A DNA stretch of 64,000 nucleotides from Candidatus Poribacteria bacterium (GTDB lineage: Bacteria; Poribacteria; WGA-4E; PCPOR2b), in contig OZ240245.1 of NCBI GenBank assembly GCA_965198175.1, positions 4,352,001-4,416,000 of the forward strand, in the 5' to 3' direction. The translations under genes and the position numbers were made by a program. Positions 29,533 to 39,306 of this stretch are shown in pieces; positions within the stretch are counted from its first letter, which is position 1, and every line of letters starts with the position of its first letter. Below the pieces are notes generated by a model. That model was not told the DNA's origin, did not search any database, and worked only from the letters and a program-made list of their open reading frames with translations.

Positions 29533-32256
29533 ATGAATTTTGGCCGTTACTTCCCTTACTACATCATTAGCTTGATGCTTCTGTCCAATCCTGTGTTGGG
29601 ACAACCTGATAACCATCCTGTCGTCGATATCGTATATCTCCTCAACGGCAATACCATCCATAAATCGCCCCTGCTCAATGACCTGCAACAAAAGACGAAA
29701 ATCTCGATTGGAGAACAACCTTCCCGTTATGCGATTCGCAAGAGCATCGAAGCAATCTACGCAATCGGTGAGTTTTCTCAAGTGGAAGTTTTTCAGAGCC
29801 ATGCGCCAGATGGTATTTCAATCCGGTTCAGACTTACAAGGAAAATCAAAGTTCGGCAAATCCAATTCGCCGGTAACAATCGCTTGAGTAAAGATGACCT
29901 CTTTAAAGTAATGAAATCCCGTCCGGAGAAAGAATATTACGAGCAAATTGCCAAGCAAGACCGACAAAGAATTCTCGATTTATACAGAGATGATTACGGC
30001 TATCTTCAAGTAGAGGTGCGTTTCATACCGCCTGACCTACAGCTTGCACATGAGATTAATCTGTTGTACGAAATCTCCGAGGGCAGACAATCCCTGATTC
30101 GGGAAATCGGATTTAAAGGGGTCAAGGGGCTCGAACCCAAAAAGTTGGGAAAGGTGCTAAATAGTAAAGCAGGCAAAGCTTACCAGAAACGGCGGATTGA
30201 AGAGGATATTGATGCCATCAGCAGATTATATCGCAAAAATGGGTATCTCACCGTCCAAATTGATCCTGAACTGTATTATGATGAAAAATCGGATATGGTT
30301 TCTCTCATCTACCGAGTTCGTGAAGGGAAAAAGGTCGTTGTCAAACTAGTTGGTGACAATGTTGACAGCCGTGAACTCAGAGAGAAACTAAATCTATTTA
30401 AACAAGATAGTTATTCGAATACAATCCTCCGTAGCAATGTACAACAGATCCGCCGAATCTATCAACAGAAAGGGTATTACACCCCGGTAGTTACCTGTCA
30501 GATTGAAAAAGAATCGAACGATGAAGTTATTATTCGTTTCGACATTCATCCCGGTGTGGTTCTGCGCGTTGGCACAATTACCTTCACTGGGAATGCAGCG
30601 TATCCAGCCGCCGAGCTTGGGGACAAGATGGAGATCCAACCGCGCAGTCGAGTCGGTATTATTCCCAGATTTGGCTGGTTGTTTCCTAGAGGCGTTTTTG
30701 ATCCGGCGATTTTCGATAAAGATCTCCGGGTACTGAAACTTTTTTATAAAAAAGAGGGTTATACTAACGTTCAAATTACAACGGAAAAAGAAATTGATGA
30801 AAATAAAGAGCGCGTCAACTTAAATATAAACATCGATGAAGGAGAACGCCAAATCATCAAGGTTGTGAGTATTGAGGGGAACCAGATATTTGAAGCGAGC
30901 ACGTTACTGCCCAAGCCTGCTGCAAAAGTGGGGAAACCCTACAGCACAGATTTTGTGGCGCGGGATCTGCAATCCATCCAGTCCCTTTACAATAAGGAGG
31001 GATATATCTACACTAGCATTGAACCTCACTATCAGCCCGAAACAGGTAGACTTCTTTATCAAATCTCCGAGGGCATTCAAGCCAAGTTTGGCCGGTTCTA
31101 CTTTGATGGGGAGAGTCGAATCAAGCTGCACGTTTTAGAGCGAGAGTTTGAAAACCTCGACGGTACTGTATTTAACCTCGAAAAGTTGGTTGAAGCACGG
31201 CGGCGCCTGTTTAATCTTGGAATCTTTCGGGAAATCCGGATTCAGACGCCTGGACAGCTTGCGGGGGAAGAGATAATTGATGTCAATGTCGATGCCAAAG
31301 TTAGAGCTCCGGGGTCGATGAGCTTGAGCGGGGGTTATAGCCCCTCAGAAGGAGTTCGAGGAACAATCGGTGTGACTCATAATAATATACACAAACGAAA
31401 CATTCGAGCAGGGCTGCAGTTCCGTATCGGAACCCGCGGCAACTTGTATGAGCTAACCCTGGTTGAACCGTGGTTCAAACCACCAATCATTGGACATACA
31501 ATCGGCACCCTTCGCTTATTTGAAGATAATCTGGAAGAAAACAATGACATACGCGCCCGAGGTGTGACAGCCAACCTTGCGAAGCGACTTGGATTACTTA
31601 GCAACCTGGCAATCCAGTACAAATATCAGGAGTTGCACCAAAGCGATAGTGACAAAAGCGCAATTGTGAGCAGTTTGGGAATCTCGTTTCATCGGGATAA
31701 CCGGGATGGCTTTCTCAACCCTAGAAATGGATGGTTCAACGAGGTAGCAGTAGAGTATGCGGGCGAGTTTCTCGGTGGTGAAACCCGCTTTTTGAAATTT
31801 ACAACAGATAATCGCTTCTACATGCAGATCCGGAACGTTGTTTTTGCGAGCGCGCTTCGGCTGGGTTGGTTGCAGCCTAACCGTGCCCGGGAGGTTGTCG
31901 ATCTTCTCTCTTTTGAACGTTTTTGGGCGGGCGGATCCACAACAGTGAGAGGATACGACGAAAGATCTTTAGGTCCTGGTGAAACGGAAAATCCTCGAGG
32001 AGATGTCTTATTTATTTTCAATACAGAATTGCGTTTCCCGATATATAAGTTCATCAGTGGCGCGCTGTTTTTTGACACGGGCAACGTGTGGGATAAACTG
32101 AAACTCTCGGAAATTGAAGGCAACCTGCCTCGTTCAGCAATTGGTGTTGGGCTGCGTATTGAGACGCCCCTTGGACCTGCCCGTTTGGATTCCGGTTTCC
32201 AGCTCACAGAGGAATTCCCGCGTCGCATCCATATTGAACTGGGGCACGCTTTTTAA
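29533..32256 (+). CDS. Omp85/BamA-TamA family outer membrane assembly protein with multiple POTRA domains
   Basis: Repeated POTRA motifs (F.GN, YxxxGY); GGSTTVRGY lid motif; GLRIETPLGPARLD; terminal GHAF. Confidence 0.92.
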   Translation: MNFGRYFPYYIISLMLLSNPVLGQPDNHPVVDIVYLLNGNTIHKSPLLNDLQQKTKISIGEQPSRYAIRKSIEAIYAIGEFSQVEVFQSHAPDGISIRFRLTRKIKVRQIQFAGNNRLSKDDLFKVMKSRPEKEYYEQIAKQDRQRILDLYRDDYGYLQVEVRFIPPDLQLAHEINLLYEISEGRQSLIREIGFKGVKGLEPKKLGKVLNSKAGKAYQKRRIEEDIDAISRLYRKNGYLTVQIDPELYYDEKSDMVSLIYRVREGKKVVVKLVGDNVDSRELREKLNLFKQDSYSNTILRSNVQQIRRIYQQKGYYTPVVTCQIEKESNDEVIIRFDIHPGVVLRVGTITFTGNAAYPAAELGDKMEIQPRSRVGIIPRFGWLFPRGVFDPAIFDKDLRVLKLFYKKEGYTNVQITTEKEIDENKERVNLNINIDEGERQIIKVVSIEGNQIFEASTLLPKPAAKVGKPYSTDFVARDLQSIQSLYNKEGYIYTSIEPHYQPETGRLLYQISEGIQAKFGRFYFDGESRIKLHVLEREFENLDGTVFNLEKLVEARRRLFNLGIFREIRIQTPGQLAGEEIIDVNVDAKVRAPGSMSLSGGYSPSEGVRGTIGVTHNNIHKRNIRAGLQFRIGTRGNLYELTLVEPWFKPPIIGHTIGTLRLFEDNLEENNDIRARGVTANLAKRLGLLSNLAIQYKYQELHQSDSDKSAIVSSLGISFHRDNRDGFLNPRNGWFNEVAVEYAGEFLGGETRFLKFTTDNRFYMQIRNVVFASALRLGWLQPNRAREVVDLLSFERFWAGGSTTVRGYDERSLGPGETENPRGDVLFIFNTELRFPIYKFISGALFFDTGNVWDKLKLSEIEGNLPRSAIGVGLRIETPLGPARLDSGFQLTEEFPRRIHIELGHAF

Positions 32257-32267
32257 AGAAAAATCCC

Positions 32268-32296
32268 TTGACAAACGCAAAGCTTCTATGTATAAT
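32268..32296 (+). promoter_or_regulatory. Consensus sigma70 promoter of the tRNA operon
   Basis: TTGACA-N17-TATAAT ending 14 nt before tRNA-Thr. Confidence 0.9.
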
Positions 32297-32310
32297 TCAC
32301 ATTTGCGTTT

Positions 32311-32386
32311 GCTGGCGTAGCTCAACGGGCAGAGCAAGTGATTTGTAATCACTAGGTTGGGGGTTCGATTCCTCTCGCCAGCTCCA
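32311..32386 (+). tRNA. tRNA-Thr(TGT)
   Basis: Cloverleaf; anticodon arm agtga-tttgtaa-tcact; GGTTCGA; encoded CCA. Confidence 0.97.
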
Positions 32387-32403
32387 TTCTCAATACACCG
32401 GAT

Positions 32404-32485
32404 GGGGAGATACCAAAGCGGCCAAACGGGGCAGACTGTAAATCTGTTGGCTATGCCTTCGGAGGTTCGAATCCTTCTCTCCCCA
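32404..32485 (+). tRNA. tRNA-Tyr(GTA)
   Basis: gcaga-ctgtaaa-tctgt anticodon arm; long variable arm; GGTTCGAATCC. Confidence 0.97.
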
Positions 32486-32530
32486 TTACTTATGACGCAC
32501 AGCAAAACGCGGAAGTGGTTCAGATAAAAC

Positions 32531-32604
32531 GCGGGAGTAGCTCAGGTCGGTAGAGCATTGGCCTTCCAAGCCAATTGTCGCGGGTTCGAACCCCGTCTCC
32601 CGCT
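32531..32604 (+). tRNA. tRNA-Gly(TCC)
   Basis: ttggc-cttccaa-gccaa anticodon arm; acceptor gcgggag/ctcccgc. Confidence 0.97.
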
Positions 32605-32744
32605 CTGAGTTCTGATTTATGGTAATCCCCCCTTTCAAGGTAGATTTGCGTGGCGAATTCGTCAAACTCCCAATCTGTCTGTCAAGTGAGTCCTTTTGCG
32701 CTTAATGACGAGACCAAATGTTGGAGGGGGGATTTGTTTGCTGT

Positions 32745-32817
<73 letters not shown>

Positions 32818-32864
32818 TCAGTACGCGTTTCAAACCGGGATGTAATAACTTTCGAGTGACCGTT

Positions 32865-33017
32865 ATGCCTAGAGATATTGTTTCGTTAGCGTGTGATGAT
32901 TGCAAACGACGAAACTATGTGACGACAAGGAATAAAAGGAAACAACAAGCGCGTTATGAGTTTAAGAAATACTGTCGTTTTTGTCGGAAACACACACTAC
33001 ACAAAGAAACTCGGTAA
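32865..33017 (+). CDS. rpmG: 50S ribosomal protein L33 (Zn-ribbon form)
   Basis: MPRDIVSLACDDCKRRNYVT...KKYCRFCRKHTLHKETR; true start ATG 32865. Confidence 0.96.
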   Translation: MPRDIVSLACDDCKRRNYVTTRNKRKQQARYEFKKYCRFCRKHTLHKETR

Positions 33018-33041
33018 AACACCAATCATTTTACTGCTTGC

Positions 33042-33114
33042 AGGCCAGTGGCTCAATGGCTAGAGCATCGGTCTCCAAAACCGAGGGTTGGGGGTTCGAG
33101 TCCCTCCTGGCCTG
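33042..33114 (+). tRNA. tRNA-Trp(CCA)
   Basis: tcggt-ctccaaa-accga anticodon arm; canonical position before secE. Confidence 0.97.
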
Positions 33115-33141
33115 CCTTTTTATTGGATAATCCTCAACTTT

Positions 33142-33516
33142 ATGATAGCTCGCGTAAAAAAATATTTTCAAGAAATTCGGATTGAATGGGAAAAGGTATC
33201 CAAACCTGACTGGAAGGATGTCCGGGGGAATACGTTTATCGTGATTGTAGCATGCGCGATTTTAGGATTTTTCCTGTGGCTTGTTGATGGCAATGCGGCT
33301 TATCCCACCTGGACCTCTGAGCCTGGGCTGATTCTGCTCATTGTAATAATTCCAATCATTCCTTTGATTGCGAAACGTTTTACGTCTAAGTGGAAAGTAT
33401 CAATTCCCATTGTGATTCTTCCCTTGGCTATTGCCGTGTGTTTTCGTTTTATTCTTGAGCAAGAAATTCAAGGTTTCGGTTTGTCTTTGCTTCGCGATTT
33501 GTTTATCCGTCGCTAG
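33142..33516 (+). CDS. secE: Preprotein translocase subunit SecE with extra C-terminal TM segments
   Basis: YFQEIRIEWEKVSKP..T.IVIV..FLWLVD; located between tRNA-Trp and nusG. Confidence 0.9.
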   Translation: MIARVKKYFQEIRIEWEKVSKPDWKDVRGNTFIVIVACAILGFFLWLVDGNAAYPTWTSEPGLILLIVIIPIIPLIAKRFTSKWKVSIPIVILPLAIAVCFRFILEQEIQGFGLSLLRDLFIRR

Positions 33517-33578
33517 GCATGAGCTTTTGGTCATTCTGTGCTAATCCCACGACTAACTTCAATGGATAAGGGAAATCT

Positions 33579-34142
33579 ATGACCGGCTTCTGGTATATTA
33601 TCCACATCTATTCTGGACATGAAAAAAAAGTCAAGGTAAACCTTGAGCAACGGGTGCAAGCAATAGGTTTGGAGGAGGAAATCCTTCAAGTCACCATTCC
33701 GACAAGGGAAGTTGTGGAAGTTAAAAACGGCAAGAAACGAACTTTCGCACGCCCCTCTTATCCAGGATATATTCTTGTCCAAACCGCGAATGAATTGAGG
33801 GTAGATGCAGAAAATGAAGGTAGTCAGAAAAGTTGGCATCTGATTCGGGATACCCCCGGCGTGATGGGTTTTGTTGGTTCAAGTTCCCATCCACCTCCAC
33901 TTGCTGAAGAGGAGGTGCAAAATGCCCTTAATATTTCAACGGACGAGGAGAAAAGGAGACCCTCTCCAGTCGTGGACTATGTCGTTGGAGATAAGGTTAA
34001 GGTAATTGATGGGCCATTCAACGAGTTTCCCGCGGAGATTCATGGCATTGACGAGGAAAAACAGCGATTACATCTCATGATTTCTATTTTTGGTAGAACA
34101 ACCCCTATTGAACTTGACTTTTTCCAGGTCGAGAAAATTTAG
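33579..34142 (+). CDS. nusG: Transcription termination/antitermination factor NusG
   Basis: WYIIHIYSGHEKKV, YPGYILV, TPGVMGFVG, KOW motif GDKVKVIDGPF, IFGRTTP. Confidence 0.98.
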   Translation: MTGFWYIIHIYSGHEKKVKVNLEQRVQAIGLEEEILQVTIPTREVVEVKNGKKRTFARPSYPGYILVQTANELRVDAENEGSQKSWHLIRDTPGVMGFVGSSSHPPPLAEEEVQNALNISTDEEKRRPSPVVDYVVGDKVKVIDGPFNEFPAEIHGIDEEKQRLHLMISIFGRTTPIELDFFQVEKI

Positions 34143-34163
34143 GGTATTCTTGGAGCGATATAA

Positions 34164-34589
34164 ATGGCAAAAAAAATTGCTGGCGTTGTTAAACTTCAAC
34201 TCGTATCCGGGCAGGCAACTCCAAATCCACCTGTTGGCCCAAGCCTTGCCCCCTATATGATTAATATTCCAGAGTTCATCAAATCTTTTAATGCGAAGAC
34301 TCAAGACCAACAAGGATTAATTGTAACAACGGTTGTGACCTGTTACGCCGATCGCTCTTTTGCTTTCGAGGTGAAATCACCGCCGACAGCGGTGCTGTTG
34401 AAGCAAGCAGCAAAAATCGCGAAGGGATCAGGCGAACCAAACCGGAATAAGGTTGCCTCTGTTACACAGGAGCAAATTAAGGAAATTGCACAAACCAAAT
34501 TGCCGGATTTGAATACGGCAAGCTTGGAATCTGGGATGCGAATGGTAAAAGGAACCGCCCGGAGTATGGGCATTACAATCACGGGATAA
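34164..34589 (+). CDS. rplK: 50S ribosomal protein L11
   Basis: [29 protein letters not shown]. Confidence 0.98.
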   Translation: MAKKIAGVVKLQLVSGQATPNPPVGPSLAPYMINIPEFIKSFNAKTQDQQGLIVTTVVTCYADRSFAFEVKSPPTAVLLKQAAKIAKGSGEPNRNKVASVTQEQIKEIAQTKLPDLNTASLESGMRMVKGTARSMGITITG

Positions 34590-34603
34590 TGCGGAGGATT
34601 GCA

Positions 34604-35302
34604 ATGAAAAAAAGAGGAAAGCGGTACCGAGAGATTGCACAGGTCGTTGATCGTCTTAAGTCTTACGATTTAGATGAAGCATTACCTCTATTAAAAAAGA
34701 CAGCGACCCTGAAATTCAAAGAAACAGTCGATCTGGCTGTACATCTTGGTGTTGATCCGAGACATGCAGATCAGAATATTCGCGGTACCGTTGCATTGCC
34801 GCATGGCACCGGCAAGCAGATGCGTGTTATTGTATTTGCCGAAGGGGAAAAAGCACGTGAGGCAGAGGAGGCAGGAGCGGATGCCACCGGCAGCGATGAC
34901 CTTGTTGAGCGGATTGTCGGCGGCTGGCTGGACTTTGATGCTGTCGTTGCAACGCCAGATATGATGCGAAGGATTTCGTCGAAACTGGGGCGGATTCTAG
35001 GTCCAAGAGGATTAATGCCTAACCCAAAGGCTGGAACAGTGACGATGGATGTTGCAGAGACCGTTCGTAATATCAGAGCCGGGCAGATTGAATACCGTGT
35101 CGAAAAGCAGTCAGGAGTTATTCATGTTCCTGTCGGCAAGAGTTCGTTTGATGACTATCAAATTCAGGAGAATATTGAGACCGTCATGAGTACCCTGATT
35201 CGGGCGCGACCCTCTTCCGCAAAGGGAAGATATTTGAAGAGTGTAGCCATCTCATCAACAATGGGCGTTGGAATTCGCCTGAATCCGCAGCAATTTGGCT
35301 AA
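34604..35302 (+). CDS. rplA: 50S ribosomal protein L1
   Basis: LGVDPRHADQNIRG..LPHGTGK; LGPRGLMPNPKAGTVT; ATG 34604 after GGAGG. Confidence 0.98.
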   Translation: MKKRGKRYREIAQVVDRLKSYDLDEALPLLKKTATLKFKETVDLAVHLGVDPRHADQNIRGTVALPHGTGKQMRVIVFAEGEKAREAEEAGADATGSDDLVERIVGGWLDFDAVVATPDMMRRISSKLGRILGPRGLMPNPKAGTVTMDVAETVRNIRAGQIEYRVEKQSGVIHVPVGKSSFDDYQIQENIETVMSTLIRARPSSAKGRYLKSVAISSTMGVGIRLNPQQFG

Positions 35303-35361
35303 TAACTACTTTAAACTTGAAACGAACTATGTGTGCTTGAAAATTGAATATCTTTTGAGAA

Positions 35362-35517
35362 GCAGTCGTAGACAGTAGGTGCAATTCGCTTAAATGAGAT
35401 ATTTATAGCCTACCGAGGCTTGCATCACCATTCAGACATTAGGTATTAGGAGCTGATACTGAATACCTGTTGTCAATTTAGAAGGTAAGCCTCCAATTTG
35501 ACTGGAGGTTTTTTTTT
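35362..35517 (+). promoter_or_regulatory. L10 leader (ribosomal protein autoregulatory RNA) with attenuator terminator
   Basis: gtcgtagacagtagg...cttaa...cctaccgagg motif, then hairpin gcctcca..tggaggt plus a T run, upstream of rplJ. Confidence 0.85.
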
Positions 35518-35587
35518 GGAGATCTAAAGATTAACCGTGTACTTTTAAGCAGGCAATCAAGCCTGTGGTTACGTGAGAGGGTATCGA

Positions 35588-36154
35588 ATGCCTAACCAGA
35601 AAAATATCGAACAAGTCGAACAAATCCAGGAGCGTTTTCAGAACTCAGAAGTCATTATCCTGACCGACTTTCAAGGGCTGACGGTGGCGGAGATTAACGA
35701 ACTACGACGTCAGTTGCACGAAGCAGGTATTCAATATAAAGTCTACAAGAATACGTTAATTCGTGTCGCCGCCCAAGCGTTGGGGATTGAGAGTTTAGAA
35801 TCCTACCTCCATGGTACAACCGCCGTTGCAATGAGCAGTGATCCGGCGACGCCTTCGAAGATCTTTATAGATTTTAGCGCTGAACATGAAAACTTAAAGA
35901 TTAAGGGAGGCGTTCTGGGAAAAAGAGTCATTGATGCCGCAGCGGTTGAGGAACTTATAAAGATGCCATCGCGGGAGCAGTTGATTGCTCTTGCGGTTGG
36001 TGGTTTAAAGTCGCCAATATCCGGCTTGATGTCCGTTTTACACCAAGGTTCACCCTTGACCGGGCTGGTCAATGTTTTAAACGGTTCAATCCGACAAGTG
36101 ACAACTGTATTACAGGCAATTGCTGATCAGAAAAAAGAAGCCGAACAGGCATAA
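35588..36154 (+). CDS. rplJ: 50S ribosomal protein L10
   Basis: DFQGLTVAEINELRRQL, YKVYKNTL, LKIKGG, MPSREQL. Confidence 0.97.
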   Translation: MPNQKNIEQVEQIQERFQNSEVIILTDFQGLTVAEINELRRQLHEAGIQYKVYKNTLIRVAAQALGIESLESYLHGTTAVAMSSDPATPSKIFIDFSAEHENLKIKGGVLGKRVIDAAAVEELIKMPSREQLIALAVGGLKSPISGLMSVLHQGSPLTGLVNVLNGSIRQVTTVLQAIADQKKEAEQA

Positions 36155-36187
36155 ATTTTATTTGATGATAAAGAAAGGAATACAACA

Positions 36188-36589
36188 ATGGCTGATGTTG
36201 AAAAATTGATTGATGAGATAAGTAATATGACGGTTCTGGAGCTTTCCGAATTGGTGAAAGCCTTAGAAAACCAATTTGGTATCAGTGCAGCTGCGCCGAT
36301 GATGGTGGCGGGCGCCGGTATGGCGCCGGCAGGAGCGGTCGAAGGCACTGCTGCAGAGGAAACCGCCGAAGAGGAGCAAACCGAGTTTGATGTGCAGTTG
36401 AAAGAAATCGGTCCCAATAAGATTCCGGTTATCAAAGAGGTGCGGGCAATTTCCGGACTTGGTCTCAAAGAAGCTAAAGAGAAGGTCGAGTCGGCGCCGA
36501 CAGTTATCCAAGAAGCCGTCAGTAAAGAGGACGCCGAGAAATTTAAGGCGCAGTTGGAGGCCGTTGGTGCAACCGTAGAAATCCTCTAA
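36188..36589 (+). CDS. rplL: 50S ribosomal protein L7/L12
   Basis: [36 protein letters not shown]. Confidence 0.98.
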   Translation: MADVEKLIDEISNMTVLELSELVKALENQFGISAAAPMMVAGAGMAPAGAVEGTAAEETAEEEQTEFDVQLKEIGPNKIPVIKEVRAISGLGLKEAKEKVESAPTVIQEAVSKEDAEKFKAQLEAVGATVEIL

Positions 36590-36614
36590 ACACATATTTC
36601 TCAGATAGATACCT

Positions 36615-36712
36615 GACCCAATAGGAAGTATACAAATGTCGAAACCTGCGAATTTGGCTCGCGTTCGACGCTTTTAAGAGTTTGAAATTCGCTTCTTATT
36701 GGGTTTTCTTTT
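36615..36712 (+). terminator. Long hairpin/terminator after rplL
   Basis: acccaataggaag...cttcttattgggt followed by tttctttt. Confidence 0.55.
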
Positions 36713-36736
36713 GCTCATGGAGGCGGATCATCCACG

Positions 36737-37570
36737 ATGATTCACATTTTTTATCTTGTTTTTAGCCAATTGGCAGTTGGCGGTTTTGGGTTGTTACTCG
36801 TTGTTCCCAAAGGTTTAGTTGGGCGTGGTTTTTTCAGACTGATGGGAACTATCTATCTCTTTATCATGATACTAACACGTTTCGCTAACCTTGCGATTAA
36901 CGGTCAACCCATCAGCTTTGAAAACTTCTTCTTCTCATGGGGTGGACACGATTCTGCATTCGTCCTCGCCTTCTTGCTTCTGACCTTAGTCTACGCGATG
37001 AGCCTGTGGATAAAATCCGACATCATTAACCGGGGCCTCTTATTCACTGGAACGATTTTGGGACTCACTTGGATTGTGTATAGCACTCAAGGCTACCTAG
37101 GGAAAATCGATCTCACTGCGGAAAAATTTCTTTTGCCCTTTCAGTTTTTGGTTTCAGCTGTTTTACTTGGTGCGGTGAATAGCGGTATGTGGTTCGGACA
37201 TTGGTATCTCGTTACCCCGCGCCTACCTGTTATTCATCTGAAGAGGTTCAACAGAATATTTCTTGTTTCACTTATCTTCTCAATCTCCCTCTTTGTTCTT
37301 AACCTCTTTCTTCGATGGCAATCTGAGAATGCTATTCCGCTAACCCCTTTTCATCAAATTGTTTTTGGTCTCAGGTTGCTGGTTGGATTTGGCGGATCTG
37401 TCACACTGTATCTCATCACTTGGTATTGTCTGCGCGATCAAGCGGTTGAGCATGATGCCGTGGGAGCAACACGAGCTGCTACAGGATTTCTTTACATTGC
37501 CATGTTGACCGTATTTACGGGTGAACTTTGCGGACGTCTGCTGTGTTTGGAACTTGGGTTCATACTATAG
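36737..37570 (+). CDS. Polytopic membrane protein, DmsC/NrfD anchor-like
   Basis: About 8 TM segments; N-terminal VFSQLAVG, central GHWYL, C-terminal GELCGR resemble DmsC-type anchors. Confidence 0.6.
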   Translation: MIHIFYLVFSQLAVGGFGLLLVVPKGLVGRGFFRLMGTIYLFIMILTRFANLAINGQPISFENFFFSWGGHDSAFVLAFLLLTLVYAMSLWIKSDIINRGLLFTGTILGLTWIVYSTQGYLGKIDLTAEKFLLPFQFLVSAVLLGAVNSGMWFGHWYLVTPRLPVIHLKRFNRIFLVSLIFSISLFVLNLFLRWQSENAIPLTPFHQIVFGLRLLVGFGGSVTLYLITWYCLRDQAVEHDAVGATRAATGFLYIAMLTVFTGELCGRLLCLELGFIL

Positions 37571-37776
37571 AAGGAGATTATTATTAGGCGTGAGTATGGG
37601 ACGACGAGTGAGAATTCATGCTCAAGCACCTGCTATACGGCTGTCCCAAATCATCTAACTATATGTGGATTCCGCGCATATTGCGAAGCCAATCCATGCG
37701 ATTGCTGGACTTGCTCGCGATGCACCTCTCATGATTCGGTGACGCTATAGAAGGCTGGAAGGAGGGGTAGAACAGA

Positions 37777-39306
37777 TTATGTCTCATAATTTATGAGCAT
37801 AGCATCTAGTTTCTGTAGGATAGCATCTTTGGTGGTGGGATTTGCTTTGTATCGATAGTAGTGTTTGAGTACTTTGCTAACATGTTGTTCGGTTTGGCGC
37901 ATTAACGGAACATTCCTCTGTACTCGTCCAGGACCTGCATTATAAGCGGCAAGTGCAAGCGCATAGTTGCCATCGTACCTTTTCAGCATACGGCTCAGAT
38001 ACTTAACGCCGGCTTCCAAGTTTTTGCGCGGATGAAAGCGTTCATCCGTTTGCGGATCTCGAGTTGGCTTGTGTGAATTCCGATAGTTTGGGACTTTCAG
38101 CCCAAGTTCCCGAGCGGTGAAAGACATCAATTGTGTTAGCCCAACTGCTCCGGAGTTTGAAATTGCATCAGGCTGGAAGTTTGATTCTACCCTTACCATG
38201 GCGAGGATAAGTTCAAGTTCAACGTCATACAGTTTCGCAATCTGGAAGGTTGGAGAGGCAGTGATGTTCCCGACGTCGGCTACCGATTGGCTCTTTTTCT
38301 CTCGGTGTTCTACGTGGGGGATGGATTGATCGATTTTGGTTTTCGGGAAAGGACCAAATGTAACACCGACGGAAAGCACGTGTTTATATTTCAGATTGGA
38401 CTGAGCCAAGTAAGCATAGTGAATCAATTTGCCCCAACGACTAATCGAAAGCCCTAAACTCCAGTGTAACGGTTGCTCCCGATTTCTCAGATCAATCGCC
38501 GAACCCAACCGAAAGGCAACACCGTGCACTCCCGTTTCCGCGCCTGCTTTAAGCTTCCGTGCTGTCGCGTCCAGCATGCTATTCAACTGCAAATGTTGGA
38601 GGGGTGTCCACGTTGCACCGAGGGCGACCTGCGTATCATACGTCTGAATATTACCTCTTCCATCCGGAATCTCTACGCCAGCGATATCGAACCCCGTTGC
38701 CCCCAATGTGAGGTTCGGGGTAATTTTCACAATTATTCCCAAGTCATAACTCTGTTTCCATCTACTGCCTCTGTAGGGGGCACGCCGATACCCGATATTT
38801 CCCCCAATCAACCAATTTGTGCTCAACGATCTCGCATAGGATAGGATGGCTTGATTGTGTCCTCTCTCGAAAGTCCCAATCGGGTTGTTCGGATGCTCAA
38901 TTAAGAAACGATCGTCACCGTTCAAATCCAACAGGCTGAAACCGAATGTTCCAATTTTTGGATGAATTGGATACCCAACAGAAAATCCGCCTTGTGAGAG
39001 ATCGTAGATAAAATTTCCCTTTTGAAGGCTCGCAAGCCCTGCCGGATTCCATAACGCTCCTGTTGAATCATCGACGCTACTGATAAAAGCGCCGCCCATC
39101 CCCAATGCTCTCGCTCCGATTTCAGGACGATCCGCCGCGAGTGCAAATGGAGTGAAGAATAGCGAAAAGAGCACGACTCCCGCCCAGACTTGGCGACAAC
39201 ACCTATGCCAATGACATCTAGATGTAGCGAGAGCTATCCACGCTTTTGCCTTTCCACCGGATTTCAAAATGTAGATGGGGACCTGTTGCATGCCCACTAC
39301 TCCCAC
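37777..39306 (-). CDS. PorV/FadL-like outer membrane barrel fused to a lytic transglycosylase (SLT) domain
   Basis: GARALGMGGAF...DD...WNPAGL N-terminus plus beta-strand pattern; C-terminal VESNF..AIS..GAVGLTQLM, NLEAGVKYL, ALAAYNAGPGRV. Start codon uncertain. Confidence 0.85.
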   Translation of the reverse strand: MGVVGMQQVPIYILKSGGKAKAWIALATSRCHWHRCCRQVWAGVVLFSLFFTPFALAADRPEIGARALGMGGAFISSVDDSTGALWNPAGLASLQKGNFIYDLSQGGFSVGYPIHPKIGTFGFSLLDLNGDDRFLIEHPNNPIGTFERGHNQAILSYARSLSTNWLIGGNIGYRRAPYRGSRWKQSYDLGIIVKITPNLTLGATGFDIAGVEIPDGRGNIQTYDTQVALGATWTPLQHLQLNSMLDATARKLKAGAETGVHGVAFRLGSAIDLRNREQPLHWSLGLSISRWGKLIHYAYLAQSNLKYKHVLSVGVTFGPFPKTKIDQSIPHVEHREKKSQSVADVGNITASPTFQIAKLYDVELELILAMVRVESNFQPDAISNSGAVGLTQLMSFTARELGLKVPNYRNSHKPTRDPQTDERFHPRKNLEAGVKYLSRMLKRYDGNYALALAAYNAGPGRVQRNVPLMRQTEQHVSKVLKHYYRYKANPTTKDAILQKLDAMLINYET

